A stretch of DNA of 64,000 nucleotides from Candidatus Caccoplasma merdavium (GTDB taxonomy: Bacteria; Bacteroidota; Bacteroidia; Bacteroidales; UBA11471), in NCBI GenBank assembly GCA_018715595.1, contig DVLI01000018.1, positions 28,348 to 92,347 on the forward strand. Reading direction: 5' to 3'. The position numbers and the translations under genes were made by a program. The notes beneath the pieces were generated by a model. It was not told the DNA's origin and made no database searches. It saw only the letters and a program-made list of their open reading frames with translations. Positions 8,536 to 18,380 of this stretch are shown one piece after another. Position 1 is the stretch's first letter, and every line of letters starts with the position of its first letter.

Positions 8536-9873
8536 TTATTTTTCACATCTGATTTCCCAAATCTGACGGGTCTCGGGCGTGATTTTATACCCGTCGGAAC
8601 TGCGTTCGCCGACAATCCACACGATTTCTTCTCCGGCACAAAGGAGCCAGGTCGACTGTTTCTGCGAAAGGGTGTACTTGTTGTTGTTGAAATAGTCACT
8701 CAACTTTTGACGGCCTTTCATGCCAAAGGGGCGGAACTTGTCGCCTTCCCGCCAGGTGCGCAGGAGAAGGGGGAACGGCAGGAGCCCGGCATCGAAACAG
8801 GCGGTGTCGGGACGGCGCGGAATCTGGTAACCTTCTGCATCATGCAGGGTGAGCGTGAGTTTCACGGGATAATCGACCGACAATGTGCCATACTCGATGA
8901 GACGGACTATCTTCTCGGAACGATGGGGGTAAAGGACAAAATCGGTGCGGTCTTTGAGCAACCGATAGACCGGAGCATCGAAAAATCGCCCCGACGGCGC
9001 ATCGAGCGAGGCCCATATATCATCGAGTTGTGAGGAGTGGAAGCCATATTCCCTGATGATTTCAAACAACAGGGTGCGGGCTCCGGGCAATGCGCGCAAC
9101 TGTTCTATGTCGATGTGCAGCCCGTCATCACAAGAGGTGAGCAGCTGTTGCCTGTAATCATCGACAGCCACGCGGTAAATCGACTCGACTTCGCGCAGAT
9201 AGTCGGCCGTGTGGGCCAGGGATTCGTAGACCGAAGGATTGATCGACTGCATGAGGGGCAGCAACTGCAACCGAATCTTGTTGCGGGTGTAAAGGGGCTC
9301 CCGATTGGTGCTATCGACGATATAAGTGAGATGGGAATCGAAGAGGTAGGTCTCTATTTCGGCCCGACTGAGCGACAATAGGGGGCGAATCACTTTCCCG
9401 CTGAGTGGCTGTATGCCGGTGAGACCGGTAATGCCCGTTCCGCGAATGAGATTGAGCAACATCGTCTCGATGGAGTCGTCGCGATGGTGAGCCACCGCCA
9501 CATAAGCGGCACCGGCCTCCCGACGCTGCTGCTCAAACCACTCATACCTCAACTCCCGACAAGCCATCTCGACCGACACCTTGTTGGCCGAGGCATAGGA
9601 CATCGTGTCGAACGTTATCTCGCGAAAAGGCACCCCCATCTCGGCGGCCACCTCCCGTGCAAACTGCTGGTCGCGCACCGACTCTTCGCCCCGCAACTGG
9701 AAATTGCAGTGACAAGCCTCACAGCGATAGCCCAGCGACGTGAGTATCGAGAGCAGGGCCACGGAGTCGGCCCCGCCGCTCAACCCCACCAAGACGAGTT
9801 GTTGCGGCGTGAGCGGAATGTGCTGCGCGATGTACTGGCGCACGCGGGCGAGAAGCGTTTGTCGATTGTCCAT
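8536..9873 (-). CDS. tilS: tRNA(Ile)-lysidine synthetase
   Basis: 445 aa. PP-loop motif VGLSGGADSVALL. Full TilS length including the C-terminal substrate-binding domain. Confidence 0.9.
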   Translation of the reverse strand: MDNRQTLLARVRQYIAQHIPLTPQQLVLVGLSGGADSVALLSILTSLGYRCEACHCNFQLRGEESVRDQQFAREVAAEMGVPFREITFDTMSYASANKVSVEMACRELRYEWFEQQRREAGAAYVAVAHHRDDSIETMLLNLIRGTGITGLTGIQPLSGKVIRPLLSLSRAEIETYLFDSHLTYIVDSTNREPLYTRNKIRLQLLPLMQSINPSVYESLAHTADYLREVESIYRVAVDDYRQQLLTSCDDGLHIDIEQLRALPGARTLLFEIIREYGFHSSQLDDIWASLDAPSGRFFDAPVYRLLKDRTDFVLYPHRSEKIVRLIEYGTLSVDYPVKLTLTLHDAEGYQIPRRPDTACFDAGLLPFPLLLRTWREGDKFRPFGMKGRQKLSDYFNNNKYTLSQKQSTWLLCAGEEIVWIVGERSSDGYKITPETRQIWEIRCEK

Positions 9874-9990
9874 GCGGTATCGGATATTTTACACAAACAT
9901 ATAAATTTTTTTTCGTTTTTCGTCGCAATCGGGTCATTATCCGCACCAATATTATTAAATTTGCACCTGAAACAGAAATATCATCAAGTC

Positions 9991-11010
9991 ATGATAGAAA
10001 AAATAAACCGACTGAAAGAAGAAATCGAAGCCCTCTCGGCCTCAAAAGCCGAAGAGTTGGAAAATCTTCGCATCAAATATCTGAGTAAAAAAGGGGAAAT
10101 ATCGCAGCTCTTCAACGATTTCAGAAATGTTGCCGCCGAGAACAAACGCGAAATCGGCCAACGGCTGAATGAGTTGAAAGAGATGGCAACAGAAAAAATC
10201 AATGCGTTGCGCGAAAAGCTCAACGAGCAAACCGAAGCCGACAACACCATCGACCTCACCCGCACGGCCTACCCCGTCGCATTGGGTACACGCCACCCCA
10301 TTTCCTTGGTACGCAACGAGATATGCGACATCTTCGGCCGTTTGGGATTTTCTATCGCCGAAGGCCCCGAAGTCGAAGACGACTGGCATGTGTTCTCGGC
10401 GCTGAATTTTGCCGAAGACCACCCCGCCCGCGACATGCAGGACACGTTCTTCATTCAACGTTCGCCCGATGTGCTGCTGCGCACCCACACCTCGTCGGTA
10501 CAGACCCGCGTGATGGAACACGCCCAGCCCCCCATTCGCATCATCTGCCCGGGACGCGTCTACCGCAACGAAGCCATCTCGGCCCGCGCCCACTGCTTCT
10601 TCCACCAGGTTGAGGCACTCTACATCGACAAGAACGTGACATTCGCCGACCTGAAACAGGCGCTGTTGTTCTTTGCCAAAGAGATGTTCGGTCCCGAGAC
10701 CAAGATACGTCTGCGTCCCTCCTACTTCCCGTTTACCGAGCCGAGTGCCGAGATGGACATCTCGTGCGACCTGTGCGGCGGAAAAGGTTGCTCGTTCTGC
10801 AAACACACGGGCTGGGTGGAGATACTGGGTTGCGGCATGGTCGACCCCAACGTGCTCGACGCCTGCGGCATCGACAGCAAGGTATATACCGGTTATGCCC
10901 TCGGCATGGGTATCGAACGCATCACCAACCTCAAATACCGCGTAAAAGACCTGCGGCTCTTCTCCGAGAACGACCAACGTTTCCTCGAAGAGTTTGAGTC
11001 GGCACACTGA
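9991..11010 (+). CDS. pheS: Phenylalanine--tRNA ligase alpha subunit
   Basis: The internal ATG at 9991 (MIEKINRLKEEIE...) gives 339 aa. Class II motifs FRPSYFPFTEPS and GMGIERI are present. The upstream part of track ORF 9484-9990 is antisense to tilS. Confidence 0.93.
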   Translation: MIEKINRLKEEIEALSASKAEELENLRIKYLSKKGEISQLFNDFRNVAAENKREIGQRLNELKEMATEKINALREKLNEQTEADNTIDLTRTAYPVALGTRHPISLVRNEICDIFGRLGFSIAEGPEVEDDWHVFSALNFAEDHPARDMQDTFFIQRSPDVLLRTHTSSVQTRVMEHAQPPIRIICPGRVYRNEAISARAHCFFHQVEALYIDKNVTFADLKQALLFFAKEMFGPETKIRLRPSYFPFTEPSAEMDISCDLCGGKGCSFCKHTGWVEILGCGMVDPNVLDACGIDSKVYTGYALGMGIERITNLKYRVKDLRLFSENDQRFLEEFESAH

Positions 11011-11039
11011 TTTCTTTTCGCACAAGACAGAACACCGCC

Positions 11040-11068
11040 ATACCCCTCCCCTTCCCGGCGAGGGGTAT
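11040..11068 (+). terminator. 9-bp hairpin between pheS and nth (weak terminator or structure)
   Basis: ATACCCCTC-11 nt-GAGGGGTAT with no clear T-run. It overlaps the first in-frame ATG (11067) of the nth ORF. Confidence 0.35.
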
Positions 11069-11087
11069 GTCATATCATAAAGAAGAG

Positions 11088-11738
11088 ATGAAAACAGAAG
11101 AGCGCTACCGGGCCGTCATCGAATGGTTCTCCAAAAACATGCCCGTGGCCGAGACCGAATTGCATTACCAAGACCCCTACCAGTTGATTGTTGCCGTTAT
11201 CCTGTCGGCACAATGCACCGACAAGCGGGTCAATCTGGTTACCCCGGCCCTGTTTGAGAAATATCCCACCGCCGAGGCTCTTGCCGGGGCGACTCCCGAA
11301 GAGGTCTACCCCTACATCAAAAGCGTCTCATACCCCAACAACAAGGCGCGCCACCTGGTGGGTATGGCCCAAAAACTCCTCAGCGACTTCGGGGGCATCA
11401 TGCCCCAGGAGGTCGAAGAGTTGCAAAAATTACCGGGCGTGGGACGCAAGACGGCCAACGTGGTGGCATCTGTGGCCTTCAACAAGGAGGCGATGGCCGT
11501 AGACACCCACGTCTTCCGCGTGTCGAACCGCATCGGTCTTACCCGCCACTCGAAAACGCCGCTCGAAACCGAGCGCACGCTGGTAAAGCACATTCCGAGC
11601 CATCTCCTGCCGATTGCCCATCACTGGCTCATTCTGCACGGCCGCTATGTGTGCACGGCCCGCAATCCCAAATGCGACGACTGCGGCCTGAAAAACGCAT
11701 GCGCCTATTTCATAAAAAAAGAGAAAGAGAATTCTTAA
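11088..11738 (+). CDS. nth: Endonuclease III
   Basis: HhH-GPD fold (LPGVGRKTANVV) and the 4Fe-4S cluster motif CTARNPKCDDCGLKNAC. The start at 11088 (MKTEERYRAV) fits Bacteroides Nth N-termini better than 11067. Confidence 0.9.
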   Translation: MKTEERYRAVIEWFSKNMPVAETELHYQDPYQLIVAVILSAQCTDKRVNLVTPALFEKYPTAEALAGATPEEVYPYIKSVSYPNNKARHLVGMAQKLLSDFGGIMPQEVEELQKLPGVGRKTANVVASVAFNKEAMAVDTHVFRVSNRIGLTRHSKTPLETERTLVKHIPSHLLPIAHHWLILHGRYVCTARNPKCDDCGLKNACAYFIKKEKENS

Positions 11739-12214
11739 CGTGTCGCTATCTCACCCACCTCGGCCGACACGAAATCGATAAGCAGCCGCGGGGCTATCTT
11801 TATCTGCAACCCCCGCACTCCGGCACTCACATAGATAAAGTCATAATCGAGCGCCGTCGCATGGAAATAAGTGGGAAAATGCTTTTTCATGCCTATCGGC
11901 GAGCAGCCGCCCCGTATGTATCCGGTCGTAGGCAACAGTTCTTTCATGGCAATCATCTCGGCACTCTTGTTGCCCGATATCTTGGCGGCGGCTTTGAGGT
12001 CGACCTCCATGTCGCCGGGTATGACGCACACAAATATGCCGTTGCGGTCGCCCCGCAACACCAATGTCTTGAAAACCCGTTCTATCTCTTCGCCCAACTG
12101 CTCGGCCACATGGGTGGCCGCCAGATTCTCGGGGTCGACTTCATAAGGAATCAGTTCGTAGGATACTCCGGCCTTGTCGAGGAGGCGGGCCGCGTTGGTC
12201 TTGTTGATTTTCAT
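11735..12214 (-). CDS. ybaK: Cys-tRNA(Pro)/Cys-tRNA(Cys) deacylase YbaK
   Basis: The internal ATG at 12214 (MKINKTNAARLLDKAGV...) gives 159 aa, a typical YbaK/EbsC length and sequence. Its stop converges on and overlaps the nth stop. Confidence 0.85.
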   Translation of the reverse strand: MKINKTNAARLLDKAGVSYELIPYEVDPENLAATHVAEQLGEEIERVFKTLVLRGDRNGIFVCVIPGDMEVDLKAAAKISGNKSAEMIAMKELLPTTGYIRGGCSPIGMKKHFPTYFHATALDYDFIYVSAGVRGLQIKIAPRLLIDFVSAEVGEIATR

Positions 12215-12254
12215 ACCGACTGCTTTTACGCGACAAAGATACGATGTTTCGGAC

Positions 12255-12295
12255 AAAAAGAATCCGCCCTTCAATAATTTATCGAAGGGCGGATT
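12255..12295 (-). terminator. Intrinsic terminator of the RND efflux operon
   Basis: Perfect 12-bp stem AATCCGCCCTTC/GAAGGGCGGATT with an 11-nt loop, followed on the minus strand by CTTTTT. It lies 23 nt after the PG0541-like stop. Confidence 0.75.
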
Positions 12296-12317
12296 GCAAA
12301 TAAAAGAGGGTGAAAAA

Positions 12318-12611
12318 TCAAATTGCTTTCTCGATGTCCCAGACAAAAGCGCGCAGGCCGAGAGCCGGTTTGGCCTCATCGAGGGTATGCAGGGCTTTGA
12401 GCACGATGCCCAACCGGGTCTCATCGACGATGGAGAGAATCGCCGAGTTCATGCTCGGCCAGGCATGAGACCCGTAATGGGGCTCTCCCGACTTGGAACC
12501 GCGCCCCTGCACATCTTGCCAATAGGTAAATCCCCGGCAGTTATTGTGGGTGAGTACATTGTAGACGTCTTCGTAATGGGCTTGGTCAAAGACTATAAAT
12601 AAGGCTTTCAT
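12318..12611 (-). CDS. PG0541-family transporter-associated small protein (P-II-like fold)
   Basis: 97 aa. GFTYWQDVQGRGSKSGEPHYGSHAWPSMNSA...GLRAFVWDIEKAI matches the family found at the 3' end of Bacteroidetes RND operons. It lies 12 nt downstream of the RND pump gene. Confidence 0.8.
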   Translation of the reverse strand: MKALFIVFDQAHYEDVYNVLTHNNCRGFTYWQDVQGRGSKSGEPHYGSHAWPSMNSAILSIVDETRLGIVLKALHTLDEAKPALGLRAFVWDIEKAI

Positions 12612-12622
12612 CGGAATGTCGT

Positions 12623-15600
12623 TTAGTTGTTATACTTCTTTTGCAGCTTTTTGCGCGTGCGCACAACGCCATTCTTGGCAAAGATGGCATAGACCACGGG
12701 GACTATAAGCAAGGTAATCAAGGTCGATACCGAGAGCCCCCATGCCACGGTCATACCCATGGGGCGCCACATCTCCGAACCCTCGCCCGTTCCCATGGCC
12801 ATAGGTATCATACCGAATACCGTCGTGAGGGTTGTCATCAACACAGGACGCAGACGGGAGCGGCCGGCATGTATGACCGAATAGGTGATGGAATATCCTC
12901 GCTCACGATTGAGATTGGTGTAGTCGATAAGCACGATACCGTTCTTTACGACGATACCGGCCAGCATGACCAGACCTATCAGTGCCATGACGCTCAGGGG
13001 GGTGCCCGTCACGGCCAATCCCAGGAATACGCCGGTCGCCGCAAAAGGCAGCGAAAGCATGATGATAAAGGGATAGGTGAGCGACTCAAACTGGGCAGCC
13101 AACACGATGAAAACGAGCAGGACAATCATGGCGGCCAAAATCAGAAGGTCGCTGAATATGTCTTGCTGGTCTTCGAGCGAACCAGCCAGCGTGACAGAGA
13201 CATCAGAGGGAAGGTCGATTTCGGCAAGGGCGGCCCTTACCTCGTTGGCCAAAGTACCCAGGGCGGCATCGGGAGCCACATATCCGGTAACGGTCACAAC
13301 GCGTTCGCGGTTCTTGCGCTCGATGGTGGGCGGAGTAAGGCGTTCGACAACGGTTCCCAGTTCGCGTATGCGGACGCCGTTTCCCGCCGCGTTGTAAACG
13401 ACGATGTTCTCGATGTCCTCAATCGACTGGCGGTATTCGGGAGCATAACGCACCGTGATGTCATACTCTTCGCCGTCTTCACGGTAATATGAGGCGGTAG
13501 TACCATTGATGCGGCTTCGCAGATAGGCCGACGCCGTAGCCACGTTCAAGCCGTGCAAGGCCAGTTTCTCGCGGTCGAAATCGACATGGTATTCGGGAAT
13601 ATAATCCTCTCGGCTGATGCTTGTTCCCGAGCAGCTCCTCATCTTGTTCATCACCTGTTGCACTTCACGGGCAATGCGGTCGGTGGTCATAAAATCATAG
13701 CCGTAAATCTCGACATCGACCGAAGACTGAGAGGCCATACCTCCGGTTCCTCCACCGGCGAGGACCTCAAACGTTTTTATCTCGACATACTTGCTCAGGT
13801 CGTGACGCATCGACTCACAGATTTCGAGCAAACCGCGTTCACGGTCACCGACACTCAGAAGGTCGATGTTCATCGACACGATGTGCGTACCGTTTTCCTG
13901 TATCGAGCCGTAGGTGTTGTCGGTATCGGCCTGTCCTACGGTGAAGTTGATGGTTTTTATCTCGGGATATTTTTCCCGGAACTCCTTGGTGACACGCAAC
14001 GCCACGTCGCGAGAAATCTCGGTGCGCGTGCCGATGGGCATCTCTATGTTCACGGCCACACGGGCATTATCTTGCGTGGGGAAAAACTCAGAGGGAATCA
14101 CCTTGGTCAACATCATACTGCCCGCGAAAACCAGGATAGCCATCACCACCACCAGCGTGCGGTGACCTACCGCCCAGGTGAGCAGGCGGGCATAGCCCAA
14201 GTCAAGGGCATCGAGTGCCCGTTCGATGGGGGTGAATATCAACTTGTAGATGCGACCTTTCTTGGGATTGAGCCGCAACCACTGCGAGCAGAGCATGGGA
14301 GTAAGCGAGAGAGCGGCTATCGTGGATATAATCATGATGATGCTGACAATCCAGCCCAACTGACGGAAGAGGACACCCGCCATACCGGTAATCAAGGTCA
14401 ATGGCAGGAACACGGCCAACATGGTGAGTGTCGACGCGATAACCGAGATGGCCACCTCGTTGGTACCATGCACGGCGGCCTGTTTGGGTGCACTTCCCCG
14501 TTCGATGTGGTTGGTCACGTTTTCGAGCACCACGATGGCATCATCGACCACCATACCGATGGCAATACTCAACGAACTGAGCGATATGATGTTGAGGGTA
14601 TTTCCCGACACCAACAGGTAACAGAACGAGGCAATGAGCGAAATAGGTATCGTGATGATGATGATGAAGGTGGCGCGCCAGCGGCCGAGGAAGAACAGCA
14701 CGACGAGCATCACAATGACGAAGGTCACCAGCACCGTTTCGACAAGGCTGCTGATGGTATTCTCGATGTTGGTAGAGGTATTGATGATGATACCGAGTTT
14801 GACGTCGGAAGGAAGCGTCGACTGTATGACAGGCAATTTCTCGAGCACCTCGTTGGCAATGTTTACCGAGTTGGCCCCCGACTGCTTCTGTATCACAATC
14901 ATACCGCCCTGCTTGCCGTTGTTGTAGGCTTCTTGCTCACGCTCCTTGACCGAGTCGACCACCCGGGCCACGTCGCGCAGATAGACCGAGCTGCCGTTGT
15001 AGGTGCCCACAACGATGTCGTTGAGCTGGTGAGGGTCGGAGAACTCTCCTTGCACACGCAACGAATAGGTATTGGAACCGATGTCGAAACTACCGCCGGG
15101 CGTATTGAGGTTCTCACTGGCGATAATCGACGAGATGGTCTCGACCGACAGATTATAGGCTTCGAGTTTATTCGGGTCGCAATAGACCTGGATTTCACGC
15201 TCGGGTGCACCCGAGATGGAAACGGCACCGACTCCCGAGATACGTTTCAGCGGATTGGCCACCTTGTCATCGAGAATCTTGTAGAGACCGGGCATGCTCT
15301 CCTCGGCGGTAACAGAGAGTATGACAATAGGAATATCCTCGGTACCGAACTTAAAGAGCACCGGCGTACCGGCATTGTCGGGCAACGTGGAGCGTATCAT
15401 GTCGATTTTGTCACGCACATCGTTGGTAGCCACGTCGATGTCGGTACCATACTCAAATTCGAGCGTGACAATCGAGAGGTTTTCTTTCGATTGCGAAGAG
15501 ATGTCTTTGAGGTCGCTCACGGTGTTGAGCGTGTTCTCCATGATTTTGGTGACGTTGGTCTCAATATCGGCGGCACTGGCACCGGGATATGAGGTAAGCA

Positions 15601-15739
15601 CCATGATCGTGTTGGTCTCGATATTCGGCAACAAGTCGATGGAGAGGCGGGTCAACGAGAAAAGACCTATCACCACGACTGCGACAAAACAGAGGGCCGT
15701 CGTAATGGGTTTCTTGACCGCGGTGGAATAGAGACTCAT
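12623..15739 (-). CDS. RND efflux transporter permease (AcrB/HAE1-like)
   Basis: 1038 aa with the 12-TM RND architecture and conserved AIGMVVDDAIVVLEN and GIVVKNGIVLID motifs. Confidence 0.93.
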   Translation of the reverse strand: MSLYSTAVKKPITTALCFVAVVVIGLFSLTRLSIDLLPNIETNTIMVLTSYPGASAADIETNVTKIMENTLNTVSDLKDISSQSKENLSIVTLEFEYGTDIDVATNDVRDKIDMIRSTLPDNAGTPVLFKFGTEDIPIVILSVTAEESMPGLYKILDDKVANPLKRISGVGAVSISGAPEREIQVYCDPNKLEAYNLSVETISSIIASENLNTPGGSFDIGSNTYSLRVQGEFSDPHQLNDIVVGTYNGSSVYLRDVARVVDSVKEREQEAYNNGKQGGMIVIQKQSGANSVNIANEVLEKLPVIQSTLPSDVKLGIIINTSTNIENTISSLVETVLVTFVIVMLVVLFFLGRWRATFIIIITIPISLIASFCYLLVSGNTLNIISLSSLSIAIGMVVDDAIVVLENVTNHIERGSAPKQAAVHGTNEVAISVIASTLTMLAVFLPLTLITGMAGVLFRQLGWIVSIIMIISTIAALSLTPMLCSQWLRLNPKKGRIYKLIFTPIERALDALDLGYARLLTWAVGHRTLVVVMAILVFAGSMMLTKVIPSEFFPTQDNARVAVNIEMPIGTRTEISRDVALRVTKEFREKYPEIKTINFTVGQADTDNTYGSIQENGTHIVSMNIDLLSVGDRERGLLEICESMRHDLSKYVEIKTFEVLAGGGTGGMASQSSVDVEIYGYDFMTTDRIAREVQQVMNKMRSCSGTSISREDYIPEYHVDFDREKLALHGLNVATASAYLRSRINGTTASYYREDGEEYDITVRYAPEYRQSIEDIENIVVYNAAGNGVRIRELGTVVERLTPPTIERKNRERVVTVTGYVAPDAALGTLANEVRAALAEIDLPSDVSVTLAGSLEDQQDIFSDLLILAAMIVLLVFIVLAAQFESLTYPFIIMLSLPFAATGVFLGLAVTGTPLSVMALIGLVMLAGIVVKNGIVLIDYTNLNRERGYSITYSVIHAGRSRLRPVLMTTLTTVFGMIPMAMGTGEGSEMWRPMGMTVAWGLSVSTLITLLIVPVVYAIFAKNGVVRTRKKLQKKYNN

Positions 15740-15776
15740 ATTGTTGTTTTTTTGAAGAGGTAAGACGACTTGTTAT

Positions 15777-16793
15777 TTACTCTACAACCGTGACCTCTGC
15801 CCCGTTGTAGAGACGCGATTGTCCTGCGACGACAACACGGGCCCCGTCGGGAACTCCCGAAAGGACCTCATAGCGGGAATCGGTGCGACGTCCCAATTCG
15901 ACTTTGACGAAATCGACCTTCCCGTCGTTATAGACGTAGACATAACGGTCGCCCGAGCCGGTCTGCCTCACGACAGCCAAATCGGGTAAAACGACACGGC
16001 GCTCGGTTCCGAAGTTGATGTTCACACGGGCAAACATGCCGGGACGCACCCGCATGTCTTTATTGTCCAGTTGTATCTCTACCGGGAAGGTGCGCGTAGC
16101 GGCATCGATGGTGGGATATACAAGGCTTACTTTCCCGGTAAATTTTTCGTCTTTATAGACATCGAGACGTATCGTCACCGGCATACCTTCTTTGACTTGG
16201 GTATAGAAACCTTCCGAAACGTGTATCATCAGTTTCACGGGGACAATGTTCTGCACGGTAAGGAGGGGGGTTCCCGCGGAATACATGTCGCCGTTGTCGT
16301 AGTTGCGAGCCGTCACAATACCGTCGATGGGGCTGATGAGCTGGGTGTTTTCTTTGAGGTTCTCATAAGCGGTGCGTGCCACATCGAGTTGGGTTTGCTG
16401 GGCATCGAGGAGCTGTTTCGATGTGCCTCCCACCTCATAGAGGGCCAGTTGGCGGTCATATTCGAGCTGGATATTGTCGAGTTGCGTTTTGGACTGCACG
16501 AGGCTCGAACGGTCCATCTCGGCCAGCAACTGCCCGGCTTTTACCTGGTCGCCGACCTCCACCAGAATTTTATCGATGCGTAAAACGACCGACGGAGATA
16601 TGTTATTGACCACATCGGCATCGACCGTGGCGGTAAATTCCTGCGTTTGCTCGACCGGTTGCACATTTACGGTTTCGAGTCGCACCTGAGGCTTTTCTTC
16701 GACAGCCGTCGTCTGTTTCTTTTCTTCGGTACAAGCCGTGAGTACCGAAAGCGCCATGACACAAATCGCGGCATTTCTTCTAAAACATTCCAT
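15777..16793 (-). CDS. RND efflux periplasmic adaptor (membrane fusion protein)
   Basis: 338 aa. Lipoprotein-like signal ALSVLTAC. HlyD/biotinyl-lipoyl-like hairpin and barrel regions. Lies between the TolC and RND genes. Confidence 0.9.
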   Translation of the reverse strand: MECFRRNAAICVMALSVLTACTEEKKQTTAVEEKPQVRLETVNVQPVEQTQEFTATVDADVVNNISPSVVLRIDKILVEVGDQVKAGQLLAEMDRSSLVQSKTQLDNIQLEYDRQLALYEVGGTSKQLLDAQQTQLDVARTAYENLKENTQLISPIDGIVTARNYDNGDMYSAGTPLLTVQNIVPVKLMIHVSEGFYTQVKEGMPVTIRLDVYKDEKFTGKVSLVYPTIDAATRTFPVEIQLDNKDMRVRPGMFARVNINFGTERRVVLPDLAVVRQTGSGDRYVYVYNDGKVDFVKVELGRRTDSRYEVLSGVPDGARVVVAGQSRLYNGAEVTVVE

Positions 16794-16807
16794 ATATAAG
16801 GTATTTT

Positions 16808-18169
16808 TTATTTTTCTTCATCGAGTTTATAACGGTCGAAATCGACATTTCCTGAAATCTGTTCGAGGTCGGACTGTGCCGTGAGATAATCGTGTATGGC
16901 CTGGAAATAAGAGAGCCGCGACGTGGCCAAAGCCAAGTTGGCATCGTCGAGTTCGATGATGGTGGCGGCTCCGACTTCAAACTTCTTTTGCATAATCTCG
17001 TAGGCTTTCTCTGCTTGCCGCACGCCCTCTTTGCTCGATGCGACCTGCTTGATTGACGCCTTGATATTGTCCATGGCCGCTGTCAGCTGCATACGCAGAT
17101 TGCGTTCGAGGTTGATGCGTTGATACTGCATCTCGTTGTAGGCGACACGAGCCTGCTTGCCTTTGTAGTACCGGGTTCCGCCACTGAAAATGGGAATCGA
17201 CAACGAAAGGCCGACGTAAGAATAGGGGGTCCAACGGAAATCATCGAACATGCCGCCATTGCTCATCGAAGACCAGGTATAGGAACCGACAAAGGCCAGT
17301 GTGGGTGCCCACGACATGTGCTGGGTTTTCAGAGCCTGTTTCAGATAAGCGCTCTGCAAGTCGAGTTGGCGCAAACTGGTGTTTGCCGCCAATGACGTAT
17401 CGGGTTGCAACATATCGGCATACATGTCTTCTTCATAATCGGAAAGGCGGGTGGCAAGACCGATGCGCAGCTCGGCATCGATACCCAAAAGCACTTTGAG
17501 ATTGAGTTTGGCGAGACGCAAAGCATTCTCGGCCTGCAACAGCGAAGGTTCGAGGTTGCGGACTGCCACATCGGCTCGCAACACATCGTATTCCGATGCC
17601 GTACCCTGCTCAAATTTGTGCCGATAGGTATCGGCATTGGCACGAGCATTGGCGTAGCTTTGCTGCAAGACATCGTAAGAGTCTTGTGCCATGAGTATGG
17701 CATAATAGGCTTTCTTCACCTGATCGACCATCGAAAGACGCGACGAACGGGCGCTCTCGACCGATTGTTCGAGCTGCACGGCCGACAATTTGAGGCTCTT
17801 CCAAAGAGAGGGTGCTATAATCGGCAATGAAAGAGAGAAACCGGTCGACCAGGAATTATCGAGACCCACTTCGAGACCGTCGTCCATGCCGGGAATATCC
17901 ATATACATAACCTGCTTTTTCAACGTACGGGAATAAGAGCCCGAATAATCGACCGTGGGCAGCAATCCTCCCAAAGTCTCACGACGGGCGTAGTCGGTGC
18001 GTTTTATTTCCATGTCGGAGACGACAATCGTCGGGTTTTCACTGAGGGCGATGGCGATAGACTGGTCGAGCGACAACGTGATGGAGTCGGTCGGCCCGGC
18101 TGCGACTCCCGTAGCGATGCCTAAAAACATCGACACAAAAGCAAACGCCATACAATTCTTCTTTTTCAT
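16808..18169 (-). CDS. TolC-family outer membrane efflux protein
   Basis: 453 aa. Signal peptide followed by two OEP repeats. First structural gene of the efflux operon. Confidence 0.9.
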   Translation of the reverse strand: MKKKNCMAFAFVSMFLGIATGVAAGPTDSITLSLDQSIAIALSENPTIVVSDMEIKRTDYARRETLGGLLPTVDYSGSYSRTLKKQVMYMDIPGMDDGLEVGLDNSWSTGFSLSLPIIAPSLWKSLKLSAVQLEQSVESARSSRLSMVDQVKKAYYAILMAQDSYDVLQQSYANARANADTYRHKFEQGTASEYDVLRADVAVRNLEPSLLQAENALRLAKLNLKVLLGIDAELRIGLATRLSDYEEDMYADMLQPDTSLAANTSLRQLDLQSAYLKQALKTQHMSWAPTLAFVGSYTWSSMSNGGMFDDFRWTPYSYVGLSLSIPIFSGGTRYYKGKQARVAYNEMQYQRINLERNLRMQLTAAMDNIKASIKQVASSKEGVRQAEKAYEIMQKKFEVGAATIIELDDANLALATSRLSYFQAIHDYLTAQSDLEQISGNVDFDRYKLDEEK

Positions 18170-18380
18170 TTCAGAATTCAGGTTTGGTTACTTTATGTAT
18201 GTTTTGCAAGATTATGCGCAGCGACTCTTTTCAAGAGATTCTTCCACCCATATTCTCAGAGGACAGTTTCAATGTATAATCTGTTTTTTATCGCGGGAAC
18301 CATATTCTCCAACAAGGGTCAACCTTCTACGATTGTCATTCTCAAAGGAAAGCCCTTTGGCAAGAGAGTGTGGCATGACA

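Noticed and set aside
9484-9990. N-terminal 169 codons of the track ORF containing pheS
   Set aside because: The region is antisense to tilS and has no PheS homology. The canonical PheS N-terminus (MIEKINRLKEEIE) starts at 9991. Similar 5' over-extensions were trimmed for ybaK (12215-12424), TetR, mfd, the TlpA-like gene, yigZ, nadC (31726-31938), rlmH (31941-32150), hemW (34501-34710), the glycosyltransferase (43566-43727), lpxH, the Mfa1-like gene, the DUF3868 gene and the giant gene. Several of these track starts are GTG or TTG.
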